Positions 26,767-37,535 of a stretch of 64,000 bases of DNA are shown piece by piece. Numbering within the stretch: position 1 is the first letter of the stretch; each line of letters opens with the position of its first letter. Source of the DNA: Nanobdellota archaeon (GTDB taxonomy: Archaea; Nanobdellota; Nanobdellia; Woesearchaeales; JAHIVG01); NCBI GenBank assembly GCA_043806015.1, contig JAZDHH010000007.1:51698-115697 (forward strand), given 5' to 3'. A model generated the notes under the pieces. It worked only from the letters and a program-made list of their open reading frames with translations, had not been told where the DNA came from and did not search any database. The translations under genes and the position numbers were made by a program.

Positions 26767-28946
26767 CTACACTTTTTCCGTGTGTCTGCATTTTGGGTAG
26801 TTGGAGCAGCCGTAGAACGGGCCGTAGACTGATTGCCGCGGCACGAGCTTGCCGGTCTTGCACTTGGGGCAGGTCTTGGTCACTGAGCCGTCAGCGACTT
26901 TCTGCATCTCCTTCGCTTCTTTCTCTCCGGCCTTCTTGGAGGGGCATGCGGGGTTGAGGCAGATCTCCTGCGGCCTTTTCCGGATGATCTTGATGAGCGG
27001 GTGGTGGCAGTGCTCGCAGACCTTGTCCGAGGGGACGACTTTTCCCGTCGATGGCAGCCGGAAAGTGACTTTACATTCGGGGTAGCGGTCGCAGGCGATG
27101 AAGAAGCCGAACTTTCCTTTCTTGATCATGAGGGTGCCGCCGCAGGACGGGCATGGCCCGATGGTCTGCGCCTGGGTCATGGATTCCCTGTTCGCGGCGA
27201 TGAGCTGCTTGCCGATCTCCTTCTCTTTTTTCTTGAAGACCGTGAGGATGTCGATCAGCATGTCTTCGCCTCGCTGAGCACGGTCTTGCTCTCCTTGCGC
27301 TTGGCCTGGATGTCGTCCATCTCCTCCTCGAAGTGCCGGGTCAGCTCCTCGTCGACGATCTTCTCGGAATAGGTCACCAGCGTGTCGATGGTGTGGATGC
27401 CCAGGACCGTCGCCGCGAGAGGCTCGCCGACGATGTAGCCACGCTGGAAGAGCGTGTCGATCACCTGCGCCCTCGTCGCCTTGGTGCCTAGGTTGCGTTT
27501 CTCCAATTCGCGGATGATCGATGCCGGCGTGTAGCGCTTTGGCGGCTGCGTCTCCTTGGAGAGCAGGTTGAGCTCATTGGCCTTGACGCTGTCGCCTTGC
27601 TTGACCTGAGGCAGCTCGGTCTCTTTGAAAGGGGTATAGGGGTCATAGTAGGCGTGCCAGCCGCGCTCGATCGTCCTGGTTCCCTGCGCGACGAAGTTCT
27701 CGCCGTTCACCGCGATGGTGAGGTTCATGGTCTCGCGGAGCGCGGGCTCGCCGAAGGTCGCCAGGAAGCGCTTGACGATGAGGTCATAGAGTCGGGCGGC
27801 CCTGCCGTCGCTGCTCGGCACGATGCCGGTCGGGTAGATCGCCGGGTGCGCAGGATCCACCTTGGAGCCGTTGCGCGGCTGCAGCTTCTTCTTGAGGAGC
27901 TCTGCGCACTGCTTGGCATACGCTTCCTGCTTCTGCAGCGCGCCGAGGATCTTCGCGTAGCCGATCTCTGGCGGCAATTGCTGGGATGATGTCCTAGGAT
28001 AGGAGATGAACCCTCCGATGTAGAGCTCCTGCGCGAGCTCGAGGGTCGCCTTGGGCTGGATGTGGAGCGCGCGGAAGGCCTCGGTCTGCAGGGTGGTGAG
28101 GTCGAAGGGGTGCGGCGGCGGCTGCTGGAACTCGTTCTTGTCGATCCTGGCGATGGCGCCATCATGGCCTTTCGCCTTGGCGTGCGCGGCTTTCGCCTCG
28201 CTCTGGTCCCAGAACTTGTCCTTCTCATGCAGCGCGGTGATGCCGCCTTCCTTGACCTGTCCTTTGAGCTCGACCTGCCAGAACGGCTTCGGCACAAAGG
28301 CTTTGATCTCCTTCTCGCGGTCGACCACGATCTTGAGGGTCGGCCCCTGCACGCGGCCGATGCTGAGCACCTTGAAGCTGCCTGCGGCCTTCACCGAATG
28401 GGTCAGGGCCCTGCTGAGGTTGATGCCGTAATAGTAATCGAGGAAATGCCGGGTCTCACCTGCGAGGGCTAACCCCACATCGAAGGTCGGGAGCTTGTGC
28501 TCGTAGCTGTAGACCAGGTCGGGCTTTGTCAGCGTGGAGAACTTCATGCGCTTCGCTGTCTTCTGCTTGCAGGCGAGCCTCACCACGTTGACGCCGATGA
28601 CCTCGCCCTCCACATCGTAATCTGTCGCGATGGTGAACTCGTCAGCGTCCTTGCTGAGCTTCTTGATGACATTGAGGTATTTCTTGGTGTACGCCGAATG
28701 CTTGTCTATCTCCGATGTCGGCTTCCACTCGATGTCGAAGACAGGATAGGTCCAGCCTGCCTTCTTCTTCTCGTCCAGGCTGTAGAGGTGGCCGACTGCG
28801 CAGCTGACAACGATGTCGCGCTTACCATGGGAGATGTCGTAATAGGGCACGCCGCCCTCCATCTTCTTGACCGGCTTGCCGTCGGCAAGGGCTTCCGCTA
28901 TCTTCTTCGCCGCCTGCGGCTTTTCGGTGATGATAAGCTCGTACAT
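26767..28946 (-). CDS. topA: DNA topoisomerase I (type IA) with C-terminal zinc ribbons; split by a 1-nt frameshift near 27262
   Basis: LIITEKP, ATDYDVEGE, GRVQGP, ISYPRT active Tyr, LGTKATR; downstream ORF carries CPSC/CEHC/CPKC ribbons. Confidence 0.93.
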
Positions 28947-29066
28947 GCCCAAGAGAAGAATCGGTCGTCTTTAAAAAAGTTTGGTGCGGTCTTCCGGAAA
29001 ACGGTTTTAAGGGCGTTATTGACGCTAAGGGAAAACGTTTTATTCCACCTCACCTTCCCGAAGGGG

Positions 29067-29969
29067 ATGGATTCAGCTTTCCGGGACGCGATCCGCGGCC
29101 TTTCTGCGCTTAAGGAGGAGCCGATCGAGTGCAAGGCAGAGGAAGGCTGCCGGCCGCTCGCATTCGCGCCAGAGCGCTTCAAGGCGATTTCCCCGGCCAA
29201 GGGCCGCATCCTCTTCCTGGACGGCGGCTCCCAGGAGATCCTTGCTACCCCCGCGTTCACCATCTGCTCGGTCCGCGTCGCCTGGGCGCTGTTCGACGGC
29301 AAGAAAAAAGTCGCCCATGAGAAAAAGGATTACCAGCTCCTCATGGCCGAGGAGCCGCGACTTTTTCCGCCTGAGGCGGCCTTTCCCAAGGACTTCTCGC
29401 TGGACGAATGCCGGAGGCGGTTGGAGCTGCAGGCCGCAATCGCGTCTGTCACGTTGCTTAGGCAGGGGGATGTGCTCTGCCTCGACGGCTCCCTTGTGCC
29501 GAAGGCAGAAAAAAGGCTGATGGCCGAGCTTGCCGGCAGCTGCCAGGACAGGGGGATCGCCCTTCTCGGTTTCTGCAAGAGCTCAGGCCTTCTGACTGCG
29601 AACGGGAATCCGTTCGGCTTTGCCCTTGACGCGAAAGCCCCTGCCCGGGCCTGGCAGTATTTCCCCTGCCAGGACTTCCCGCTCGGCCAAAGCATTGTCG
29701 GCACAGGCTTCGCCAAGTTCCACCCTAAGGCAAAGCCGTTCCGCTTTGACACCTCAAGCCCTGAATGCATCAGCCTCATAGCCAGCCATTGCAATGATCC
29801 TGCCTTTTTGGGCTACCCGTACGGCCTTGTGGACGCCGACCGCCACGCCAGGATAAGCTTCAAGGAGGCGGAGCAGCAGCGCCTTCTGCTTCGGCTGCGG
29901 CTGCCAGAACTCCGGGCGCTGGCCAAGGACGCCCATCAAGGCCTTGACAGCCTTAATAAGCCGCGGTAG
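29067..29969 (+). CDS. nurA: NurA nuclease
   Basis: FLDGGS, LDGSL, GYPYGLVDADRHARI. Confidence 0.85.
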   Translation: MDSAFRDAIRGLSALKEEPIECKAEEGCRPLAFAPERFKAISPAKGRILFLDGGSQEILATPAFTICSVRVAWALFDGKKKVAHEKKDYQLLMAEEPRLFPPEAAFPKDFSLDECRRRLELQAAIASVTLLRQGDVLCLDGSLVPKAEKRLMAELAGSCQDRGIALLGFCKSSGLLTANGNPFGFALDAKAPARAWQYFPCQDFPLGQSIVGTGFAKFHPKAKPFRFDTSSPECISLIASHCNDPAFLGYPYGLVDADRHARISFKEAEQQRLLLRLRLPELRALAKDAHQGLDSLNKPR

Positions 29970-30054
29970 CTACGTTCGGGTAGACAAACAAAAAATTTAT
30001 ATAGAATGAAGCCAATCTCGCCGATATCCTAGTCAAAGGGCGGAGGTTATCCCC

Positions 30055-30468
30055 ATGGGAATCTTTTCAAAAATGAAGAAGGCGTTTTCAGGAGAGGATG
30101 AGGAGCGCGTTGACGCTGATGAGGAAGAGGAGTATGTCGAGCTGGACACCGGCGCGACAGAGATCAAGGGGAAGGTCATCGTCCGCCCGTACGTTGTCGA
30201 GGATTTCTCGGATGTCAAGGAGGTCCTTGATGTTATCAGGGAAGGCCACACCATCGCGCTCGTGAACATCAAGCCGATCAAGGACAAGGACATGATCGAG
30301 CTGAAGCGCGTCATCAACAAGCTCAAGAAGACCACGGACGCCTGCGATGGCGACATCGCCGGCTTCGGCGACGACTACATCGTTGTTACCCCGAGCTTCG
30401 CCACGATCCACCGGAACAAGCAGACCGAGACGATCAAGACTGATCCAGGGGCTGACGAGGACAAGTAG
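30055..30468 (+). CDS. sepF: cell division protein SepF
   Basis: IREGHTIALVNI, ELKRVINKLK, GDIAG, IVVTP. Confidence 0.88.
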   Translation: MGIFSKMKKAFSGEDEERVDADEEEEYVELDTGATEIKGKVIVRPYVVEDFSDVKEVLDVIREGHTIALVNIKPIKDKDMIELKRVINKLKKTTDACDGDIAGFGDDYIVVTPSFATIHRNKQTETIKTDPGADEDK

Positions 30469-30537
30469 GCTTCAAGTCCGTTTTTCCCTTTTTTGCAAAG
30501 GTTTATCTACTCCTGCTAGTTATCCCTTTTTTTTAGT

Positions 30538-31605
30538 ATGCGCGGCACTCTTGTCCTCGAGGATGGTTCTGTCTTCGAAGGTGTCTCCTTTGGCTATGGT
30601 TCCTCCACCGCGGGCGAGGTCGTCTTCTCCACGGCTATGGTCGGCTATCCACAAAGCCTGACCGACCCCAGCTACTGCGGCCAGATACTGTGCATGACCT
30701 ACCCGCTCATCGGCAACTACGGCATCCCAGGCAAGGAGCGCGAGCACGGCCTGCTCAAGCACTTCGAGTCTGAAAGGATCCATGTCCAAGGCCTCATCGT
30801 CTCTGAGCATTGTAGCATCCCGAGCCATCATGACGCAGAAAAGACTTTGGCGGATTGGCTCAAGGAAGAGAAGATCCCTGCCCTCAGCGGCATCGACACC
30901 CGCGCCCTGACGCAGAAGATTCGCGAGCGCGGCGTCATGCTCGGGAAGATCGTCATCGGCGATGACCCTCCATTTTACGACCCCGACAAGGAGAACCTGG
31001 TCGCCAAGGTCTCCAGAACGGATATCCTGAACCTCGGCGAAGGCGGCAAGCGCATAGTGCTGGTGGACTGCGGCGCCAAGCACAGCATCATCCGCTGCCT
31101 GCTGCGGCGCGATGCCTCGCTCACTGTCGTCCCTTGGGACTTCGATTTCAACACCCTTGACTACGACGGCCTCATGGTCTCCAACGGCCCTGGCGACCCG
31201 ACGCATTGCCAGGCGACCATCGCGAACCTGAGGAAGGCGATGGCTGCCGAGAATCCGAGGCCGATCTTCGGCATCTGCATGGGCAACCAGCTGCTCGCCC
31301 TCGCGGCCGGCGCGAAGACCTACAAGCTCAAGTACGGGCATCGCAGCCACAACCAGCCGGTCATTCAAGGCGGCAGGGCTTTTGTCACGACGCAGAACCA
31401 TGGCTTTGCGGTGGACGCCAAGACCCTTCCGCAGGCCTGGGAGGAGTTATTCGTGAACAACAACGACGGCACGAACGAAGGCATCCGCCACAAGGAGCTG
31501 CCCTTCTTCAGCGCCCAGTTCCATCCCGAGGCGAACGCCGGGCCGAGGGACACCGAGTTCTTGTTCGATCAGTTCCTCGCCCTGGTGCGGAGGCGACCAT
31601 CATGA
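30538..31605 (+). CDS. carA: carbamoyl-phosphate synthase small subunit
   Basis: GEVVFST, LTDPSYCGQI, SNGPGDP, GICMGNQ, QFHPE. Confidence 0.96.
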   Translation: MRGTLVLEDGSVFEGVSFGYGSSTAGEVVFSTAMVGYPQSLTDPSYCGQILCMTYPLIGNYGIPGKEREHGLLKHFESERIHVQGLIVSEHCSIPSHHDAEKTLADWLKEEKIPALSGIDTRALTQKIRERGVMLGKIVIGDDPPFYDPDKENLVAKVSRTDILNLGEGGKRIVLVDCGAKHSIIRCLLRRDASLTVVPWDFDFNTLDYDGLMVSNGPGDPTHCQATIANLRKAMAAENPRPIFGICMGNQLLALAAGAKTYKLKYGHRSHNQPVIQGGRAFVTTQNHGFAVDAKTLPQAWEELFVNNNDGTNEGIRHKELPFFSAQFHPEANAGPRDTEFLFDQFLALVRRRPS

Positions 31606-34600
31606 AGGTGCTTATCCTCGGCTCTGGAGGCTTGACCATCGGCCAGGCAGGAGAGTTCGATTACTCCGGAAGCCAAGCGATCAAGGCGCTGAAGCAGGAA
31701 GGCATAACCACCGTATTGGTCAATCCCAACATCGCGACCATCCAGACGTCGAAAGGCTTCGCTGACGAGGTCTACTTCCTGCCGATCACCAAGGATTTTG
31801 TCGAGCAGGTGATCGAGAAAGAGAAGCCTGATGGCATCCTGCTCAGCTTCGGCGGGCAGGCCGCGCTGAACTGCGGCATCGCGCTGCACCAAGCGGGGGT
31901 CCTCGACAGGCATCGCGTAAAAGTGCTCGGCACTCCTGTTGAAGCGATCATCGCGACAGAGGACCGGGGCATCTTCGCCGAGCGTCTCGCAGGCATCGGC
32001 GTCACCACAGCGCGCAGCACCGCGGTCACCTCGCTGGTTGAGGCGGCCCATGCCGCGAAAAAGATAGGCTTTCCAATTATTATCCGCGCCGCCTACGCTT
32101 TAGGCGGCCTCGGCTCCGGCTTCTGCGAGGACGAGACGCAGCTTATGGAACGGGCAGAACAAGCCCTTGCTGTCTCCCCCCAAGTCCTGGTGGAGGAGAG
32201 CGTCAAGGGCTGGAAAGAGGTCGAGTACGAGGTCATGCGCGATCGCTTCGACAACTGCATCACCATCTGCAACATGGAGAACCTCGATCCCATGGGCATC
32301 CACACCGGCGAGTCCATCGTCGTCGCTCCATCGCAGACCCTCTCAGACCAGGAATACCAGCTGCTCAGGGACATCTCCTTGAAGGTCGTGCGGCACTTCG
32401 GCATTGTCGGGGAATGCAACATCCAGTTCGCCCTGCATCCCGAGACTGGCGATTACCGCGTCATCGAGGTCAACGCGCGACTTTCCCGGAGCAGCGCCCT
32501 CGCCTCCAAGGCGACAGGCTATCCCATCGCGTTCATCGCCGCCGAGCTATCCCTAGGAAAGGGCCTACCTGAGCTGCCGAATCCTGTGACAGGGAAAACA
32601 AAGGCCTTGTTCGAGCCGGCGCTCGACTACCTGGTCGTGAAGTTCCCGCGCTGGGACGCGGACAAGTTCAAGCGCCTCAAGCGCGAGATCGGCAGCTCCA
32701 TGAAGAGCGTGGGCGAGGTCATGGCCATCGGCCGTTCCTTCGAGGAGGCCATCCAGAAGGCCATCCGCATGACGCATCCCAGCCTCATCGGCCTTACCGG
32801 CAACGACATCCCCTTCGGTGATATCGACCAGGAGCTGGTGCACCCGACTGAGCGCAGGATTTTCGCGATAGCCAAGGCCCTTGCGGATGGGCGCTCCACA
32901 GAGGACATCGCCGCGAAGACCGCCATCGATCCCTGGTTCATCGAGAAGCTCCGCAACATCGTCGTCATGGACTTCCGCCTCAAGACAGGCATCGACAATG
33001 ATATCTTCCGGGAGGCGAAATGCCTGGGTTTCTCTGACCGGCAGGTCGCAGCTATCATCGGCAAGAGCGAGGCAGAAGTTAGGGGCATGCGCCTCGCGGC
33101 CGGAATCATCCCGGTCGTCAAGCAGATCGACACCCTCGCCGCTGAGTACCCTGCGCAGACGAATTACCTGTATCTCACCTACCACGGCGAGAAGAACGAC
33201 CTTGAAGTCAAGGACAAGGGCATCATCGTGCTCGGCTCCGGGCCGTACAGCATCGGCTCCAGCGTGGAGTTCGACTGGTGCTCGGTATCCTGTATCAAGG
33301 CCGTGAGGGCCAAGGGCATTCCTGCTGTGGTGATAAACTGCAATCCAGAGACCGTCTCCACAGACTATGACACCTCGGACCGCCTGTATTTCGAGGAGCT
33401 CACCTTCGAGCGCGTCCTCGACATCGCGGACATCGAAAAGCCTGAAGGAGTCATTGTCTCTATGGGCGGCCAGATCCCGAACAGCCTCGCGCTCAGGCTC
33501 CATAACGCCGGCATCAGAATCCTCGGCACTGAGCCGCGCATCATCGACCAGGTCGAGGACAGGCACAAATTCTCAAGAATCCTCGACAGCCTCGGCATCG
33601 CCCAGCCGCCCTGGAAGGAGGCATCCTCGCCGAGGGACATCAAGGCCTTCTGCGCCTCTGTCGGATTCCCGGTGCTGGTCCGGCCCTCATACGTTCTGAG
33701 CGGCTCGGCCATGAACGTCGCCTATGATGAAGCAGGCCTGTTCGCCTTCCTGAAGGAAGCGTCGCGTGTCTCCAAGGAGCATCCCGTTGTGGTCACCAAA
33801 TTCATCGAGAACGCCAAGGAGATCGACGTGGACTGCGTTGCCCAGGACGGCGAGGTCAAAGTCTATGCCATCTCCGAGCATATCGAGAACGCCGGCGTGC
33901 ATTCCGGCGACGCTACACTCGTCACGCCGCCGCAGAAGCTCTACCTCGAGACCATGAGCCGCATCAAGCGGAGCATGCGCCGCGTCATCAGCGAGCTCAA
34001 GGTGACTGGCCCGGTGAACTTCCAGTTCATGGCCAAGGATAACAATATCATGATTATCGAATGCAACCTCCGCGCTTCCCGGTCCTTCCCGTTCGTCTCG
34101 AAGGTGTACGACATCGATTTCATCGAGCTCGCTACCCGGGCGATCCTCGGCGAGCCGGTCGAAAAGATCTCGTCGAACGCCTTCGACCTGGACTATGTCG
34201 GCGTCAAGGCGCCGCAGTTCAGCTTCACAAGGCTGCACGGCGCCGATCCGGTCCTCGGCGTGGAGATGGCCTCCACCGGGGAGGTCGCCTGCCTGGGCGA
34301 CGATGTCCGCGAGGCCTTCCTGAAGGCGCTGCTGGCGACCGGCTTTTCCCTGCCGAAGCGGTCTGTCCTTCTGTCCACCGGCACGGTGCTGGAGAAATCC
34401 AAGCTGCTCGACGCCGTGCGCCGCCTGAAGGAACTCGGCTTCACCCTCTACGCCACGCCCGGCACCGCATCCTTCTATCGCACGGCCGGCGTCGAGGTCG
34501 ACGTCCTGCACTGGCCGCTCGAGGACGCGAAGCCCAACGTGCTTGATTACCTGCGCAGCAGGCGCATCGACCTGGTCATCAACATCCCCAAGAGCAACGA

Positions 34601-34757
34601 GCAGCACGAGCTCTCTAATGATTACATCATCCGGCGCACCGCGGCCGACTTCTCGGTGCCGCTCCTGACCAATGTCCAGGTCGCCACTCTGTTCGTGGAC
34701 TCGCTCGGCCAGCCACTCGCGGCGAAGAGCTGGAACGAATACCTTCGAAAGGGATGA
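31602..34757 (+). CDS. carB: carbamoyl-phosphate synthase large subunit
   Basis: GSGGLTIGQAGEFDYSG, two ATP-grasp domains, MGS domain; ATG 31602 overlaps the carA stop. Confidence 0.97.
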   Translation: MKVLILGSGGLTIGQAGEFDYSGSQAIKALKQEGITTVLVNPNIATIQTSKGFADEVYFLPITKDFVEQVIEKEKPDGILLSFGGQAALNCGIALHQAGVLDRHRVKVLGTPVEAIIATEDRGIFAERLAGIGVTTARSTAVTSLVEAAHAAKKIGFPIIIRAAYALGGLGSGFCEDETQLMERAEQALAVSPQVLVEESVKGWKEVEYEVMRDRFDNCITICNMENLDPMGIHTGESIVVAPSQTLSDQEYQLLRDISLKVVRHFGIVGECNIQFALHPETGDYRVIEVNARLSRSSALASKATGYPIAFIAAELSLGKGLPELPNPVTGKTKALFEPALDYLVVKFPRWDADKFKRLKREIGSSMKSVGEVMAIGRSFEEAIQKAIRMTHPSLIGLTGNDIPFGDIDQELVHPTERRIFAIAKALADGRSTEDIAAKTAIDPWFIEKLRNIVVMDFRLKTGIDNDIFREAKCLGFSDRQVAAIIGKSEAEVRGMRLAAGIIPVVKQIDTLAAEYPAQTNYLYLTYHGEKNDLEVKDKGIIVLGSGPYSIGSSVEFDWCSVSCIKAVRAKGIPAVVINCNPETVSTDYDTSDRLYFEELTFERVLDIADIEKPEGVIVSMGGQIPNSLALRLHNAGIRILGTEPRIIDQVEDRHKFSRILDSLGIAQPPWKEASSPRDIKAFCASVGFPVLVRPSYVLSGSAMNVAYDEAGLFAFLKEASRVSKEHPVVVTKFIENAKEIDVDCVAQDGEVKVYAISEHIENAGVHSGDATLVTPPQKLYLETMSRIKRSMRRVISELKVTGPVNFQFMAKDNNIMIIECNLRASRSFPFVSKVYDIDFIELATRAILGEPVEKISSNAFDLDYVGVKAPQFSFTRLHGADPVLGVEMASTGEVACLGDDVREAFLKALLATGFSLPKRSVLLSTGTVLEKSKLLDAVRRLKELGFTLYATPGTASFYRTAGVEVDVLHWPLEDAKPNVLDYLRSRRIDLVINIPKSNEQHELSNDYIIRRTAADFSVPLLTNVQVATLFVDSLGQPLAAKSWNEYLRKG

Positions 34758-34945
34758 CGGAGGAGCGCAGGAACATGATTCGTGAAGAAGAATGTCTGTA
34801 AAGAATTTCTCGACGAGAGTCTCGACGGAAAAGAGGATGGAGAATTAATCGGGACTTGATGCTCTCGCCTTTTTATATTTTGTGGAACTGCAAAATATTA
34901 TTGTGCTGCGCAACCACAAACAATAAAAATGGAATTTGACCTGTT

Positions 34946-35506
34946 TTGTCCATGCAAGTTCAGGAAGAAAAGCCATCGACGGAGCAGCCTGTGTTGCTCG
35001 CGAAGCAGCGCTGCCCCTTCTGCAAGGCTGATACCATGGTCCTCACCGAGGTGGAGAGGGACATCCCCTACTTCGGCCGGACGTACCTGTTCTCCATGTC
35101 CTGCGATACCTGCAAGTACCACAAGGCGGATCTCGAGGCGATCGAGAAGAAGGAACCTTCCCGCTACACCGTCGAGGTCACCACGGAGGAGGACATGAAG
35201 ATCCGCATCGTGCGGAGCAGCGAGGCCACCATCAAGATACCCCATGTCATTACCATCACGCCCGGCCCCGCGGCGAACGGCTACGTCACCAACGTGGAAG
35301 GCATCCTCAACAGGGTCAAGCACCAGATCGAGGTCGCACGGGACAGCGAGGACGATGACGATGAGGCCAAGAAGAAGGCGAAGAGCCTCCTCAAGAAGCT
35401 GAACCGCGTCGTCTGGGGGCAGGAGAAGCTCAAGCTCATCATCGAGGACCCGACCGGCAATTCCGCGATCATCTCTGAGAAGGCCGTGAAGGAGAAGCTG
35501 AAGTAA
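34946..35506 (+). CDS. ZPR1 zinc finger protein
   Basis: CPFC, IPYFG, CDTC, GYVTNVEG, IEDPTGNS. Confidence 0.93.
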   Translation: MSMQVQEEKPSTEQPVLLAKQRCPFCKADTMVLTEVERDIPYFGRTYLFSMSCDTCKYHKADLEAIEKKEPSRYTVEVTTEEDMKIRIVRSSEATIKIPHVITITPGPAANGYVTNVEGILNRVKHQIEVARDSEDDDDEAKKKAKSLLKKLNRVVWGQEKLKLIIEDPTGNSAIISEKAVKEKLK

Positions 35507-35538
35507 CATTTTTATAGTGCCCTGGCTTCCCGTCGCCT

Positions 35539-37080
35539 ATGCTTGACCATGCGCAACCGGCCATGAAAGGCCTCATCATCTACGGCGACTACGGGAAGAT
35601 CCTCGTGCGCCAGAAGGCCGGCGAGAGGATAGAGCTCGGCGAGATCCTGGTCGCCGAGATGCCGCAGGGCAACATCCTTCTGCAGGTCTACGACCTTGTC
35701 TATGGCTCGCAGCTCTCGCCGCAGCATCTCGAGCTCGTCTCCGGGCTGCAGCTTGAGGAAGGGGATGCGCTCGACCTCATGGAGCCAGAGCTCCGGACGT
35801 ACACCCTCGCGCTGGCGAAGCCCTTGCTGACCCTGCAGGGAAAAAAAGCGGCGCTCTGCAAGACGCTTCCTGATGTCTTCTCGCCGGTGCGGGAGGTCAC
35901 CCAGGCTGATCTCGAATTGCTCATGGCGCCGAAGAGCGCGCTGCGCCTCGGCAAGCTCCGCTCCGGGTCGAGGCTGCTCCCCGTCGATATTACACTGGAC
36001 GGTGAGAAGGTCTTCGCCCATCATGTCCTCATCGCGGGCACGACCGGAAGGGGCAAGAGCGTCCTGGTCTCGAACATCCTCTGGGACACATTGGCGAGCG
36101 AGTATTGCGGCGTCCTTGTCCTCGATCCCCATGACGAGTATTTCGGCAGGGACCGGCCCGGGTTAAAGGACCATCCGCAGAAGGGCAAGGTCGTCTATTA
36201 CACGCCGAAGAACCCGCCGTCAGGCCAACGCACGCTGAAGATCAACCTCACGAGCATACGGCCGCACCATCTCACCGGCGTGGTAGACTTTTCTGACCCG
36301 CAGCGCCAGGCGCTCAGCATGTTTTATCGCGCCTATGGCGCGAAATGGATCGAGGCGGTCATCCTGGAGAAGCCGCTGGACGTGCAGTTCAAGGATGACA
36401 CCCTCGCGGTCGTGCGAAGGCGCATCCGGCAGCTCCTCGACCTAGACCTCGTCGACAACCAGCTCTATTGCCAGAGCGTCTTCGACATCAAGGCGGGGGA
36501 GACCAGCATATTGGACATCTGCAACGAGCTCGAGCAAGGCCATGTCGTCATCATCGACACGTCGAGCTTCGAGGGCTCTGTCGAGCTGCTCATCGGCAGC
36601 CTCATCGCCAACGAGGTCTTCCGGCGCTACCGCGGCTACAAGCTGAAGGGCCAGCTCGTCCTCAAGCCGGTCGTTTCCATCGTTCTGGAGGAAGCTCCCC
36701 GTGTGCTCGGCAAGAGTGTGCTGGAGCGCGGCGGCAACATCTTCTCCACCATCGCGCGCGAAGGAAGGAAGTTCAAGGTCGGCCTGATGGCCATCACCCA
36801 GCTCCCCTCCCTGATCCCGCGCGAGATCCTCGCGAACATGAACACCAAGATCATCCTCGGCATCGAGATGGCGCCCGAGCGGCAGGCCATCATCGAGAGC
36901 GCAGCGCAAGATCTCAGCAACGACAGCCGCGCCATCGCCAGCCTGGACGTCGGCGAGGCCATCGTCACGAGCAACTTCGCCAGGTTCGCGATCCCCATCA
37001 AGGTGCCGCTGTTCGACGACGTTGTGCGGCAGCACTCAAGAGAGACGGTCAAAAAGGATTTTGTCGGTATTGTGAGGTGA
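35539..37080 (+). CDS. herA: HerA helicase/ATPase
   Basis: HAS barrel, [13 protein letters not shown]alker A, DPHDEY, LEEA, AREGRKF, ITQ. Confidence 0.9.
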   Translation: MLDHAQPAMKGLIIYGDYGKILVRQKAGERIELGEILVAEMPQGNILLQVYDLVYGSQLSPQHLELVSGLQLEEGDALDLMEPELRTYTLALAKPLLTLQGKKAALCKTLPDVFSPVREVTQADLELLMAPKSALRLGKLRSGSRLLPVDITLDGEKVFAHHVLIAGTTGRGKSVLVSNILWDTLASEYCGVLVLDPHDEYFGRDRPGLKDHPQKGKVVYYTPKNPPSGQRTLKINLTSIRPHHLTGVVDFSDPQRQALSMFYRAYGAKWIEAVILEKPLDVQFKDDTLAVVRRRIRQLLDLDLVDNQLYCQSVFDIKAGETSILDICNELEQGHVVIIDTSSFEGSVELLIGSLIANEVFRRYRGYKLKGQLVLKPVVSIVLEEAPRVLGKSVLERGGNIFSTIAREGRKFKVGLMAITQLPSLIPREILANMNTKIILGIEMAPERQAIIESAAQDLSNDSRAIASLDVGEAIVTSNFARFAIPIKVPLFDDVVRQHSRETVKKDFVGIVR

Positions 37081-37085
37081 AAGGC

Positions 37086-37535
37086 ATGAAGACAGACCCC
37101 CAAGAAATTTTTCCAAGGGCAATCACTGCAGTAGATGAGATCGCGAGCATCCAAGTGGAAAGAGCCCAAAAGGCGAAACGGGAAAATGATCTCTTCGATT
37201 TCTTGGCATCGACAGTGAAATGGTCAAAAACGTATTTCTCCCAACAAAGTACAATAAACGGGCTTCATGAGACTATTGACATCGTAATGCCCCTCATCCA
37301 ACGGATTAAGGATCGGTTCCTCGTCCATTATTTTGGCAAAATATATCATAAAGCCGATGAATTGCTAGCTTACATGGAAGAAATAAAACACGAGCCTGGG
37401 GAAAACATTATAAGAAAACATGGTGATCTCGATAATGTTAAAAAGAAATTTTCTCACCTTTTTGACGAACTGGAGAGAAGTCTAAGAGATAGAATCCATT
37501 TAGTTGAATCAGAAGAAAGGAAGGAGGCCGCGTGA
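37086..37535 (+). CDS. low-GC helical orphan between herA and mre11
   Basis: 149 aa, AT-rich codons, stop overlaps the mre11 GTG. Confidence 0.65.
   Translation: MKTDPQEIFPRAITAVDEIASIQVERAQKAKRENDLFDFLASTVKWSKTYFSQQSTINGLHETIDIVMPLIQRIKDRFLVHYFGKIYHKADELLAYMEEIKHEPGENIIRKHGDLDNVKKKFSHLFDELERSLRDRIHLVESEERKEAA

Noticed and set aside
27250..27270. Split topA as a programmed frameshift or a natural two-subunit enzyme
   Set aside because: Adding one G (AAG GAC ATG) restores a continuous topoisomerase I; there is no slippery heptamer, and similar 1-nt losses occur elsewhere, so an assembly error is more likely
34754..34900. Short purine-rich spacer after carB as a small ORF or RNA
   Set aside because: No convincing ORF, RBS or stable structure
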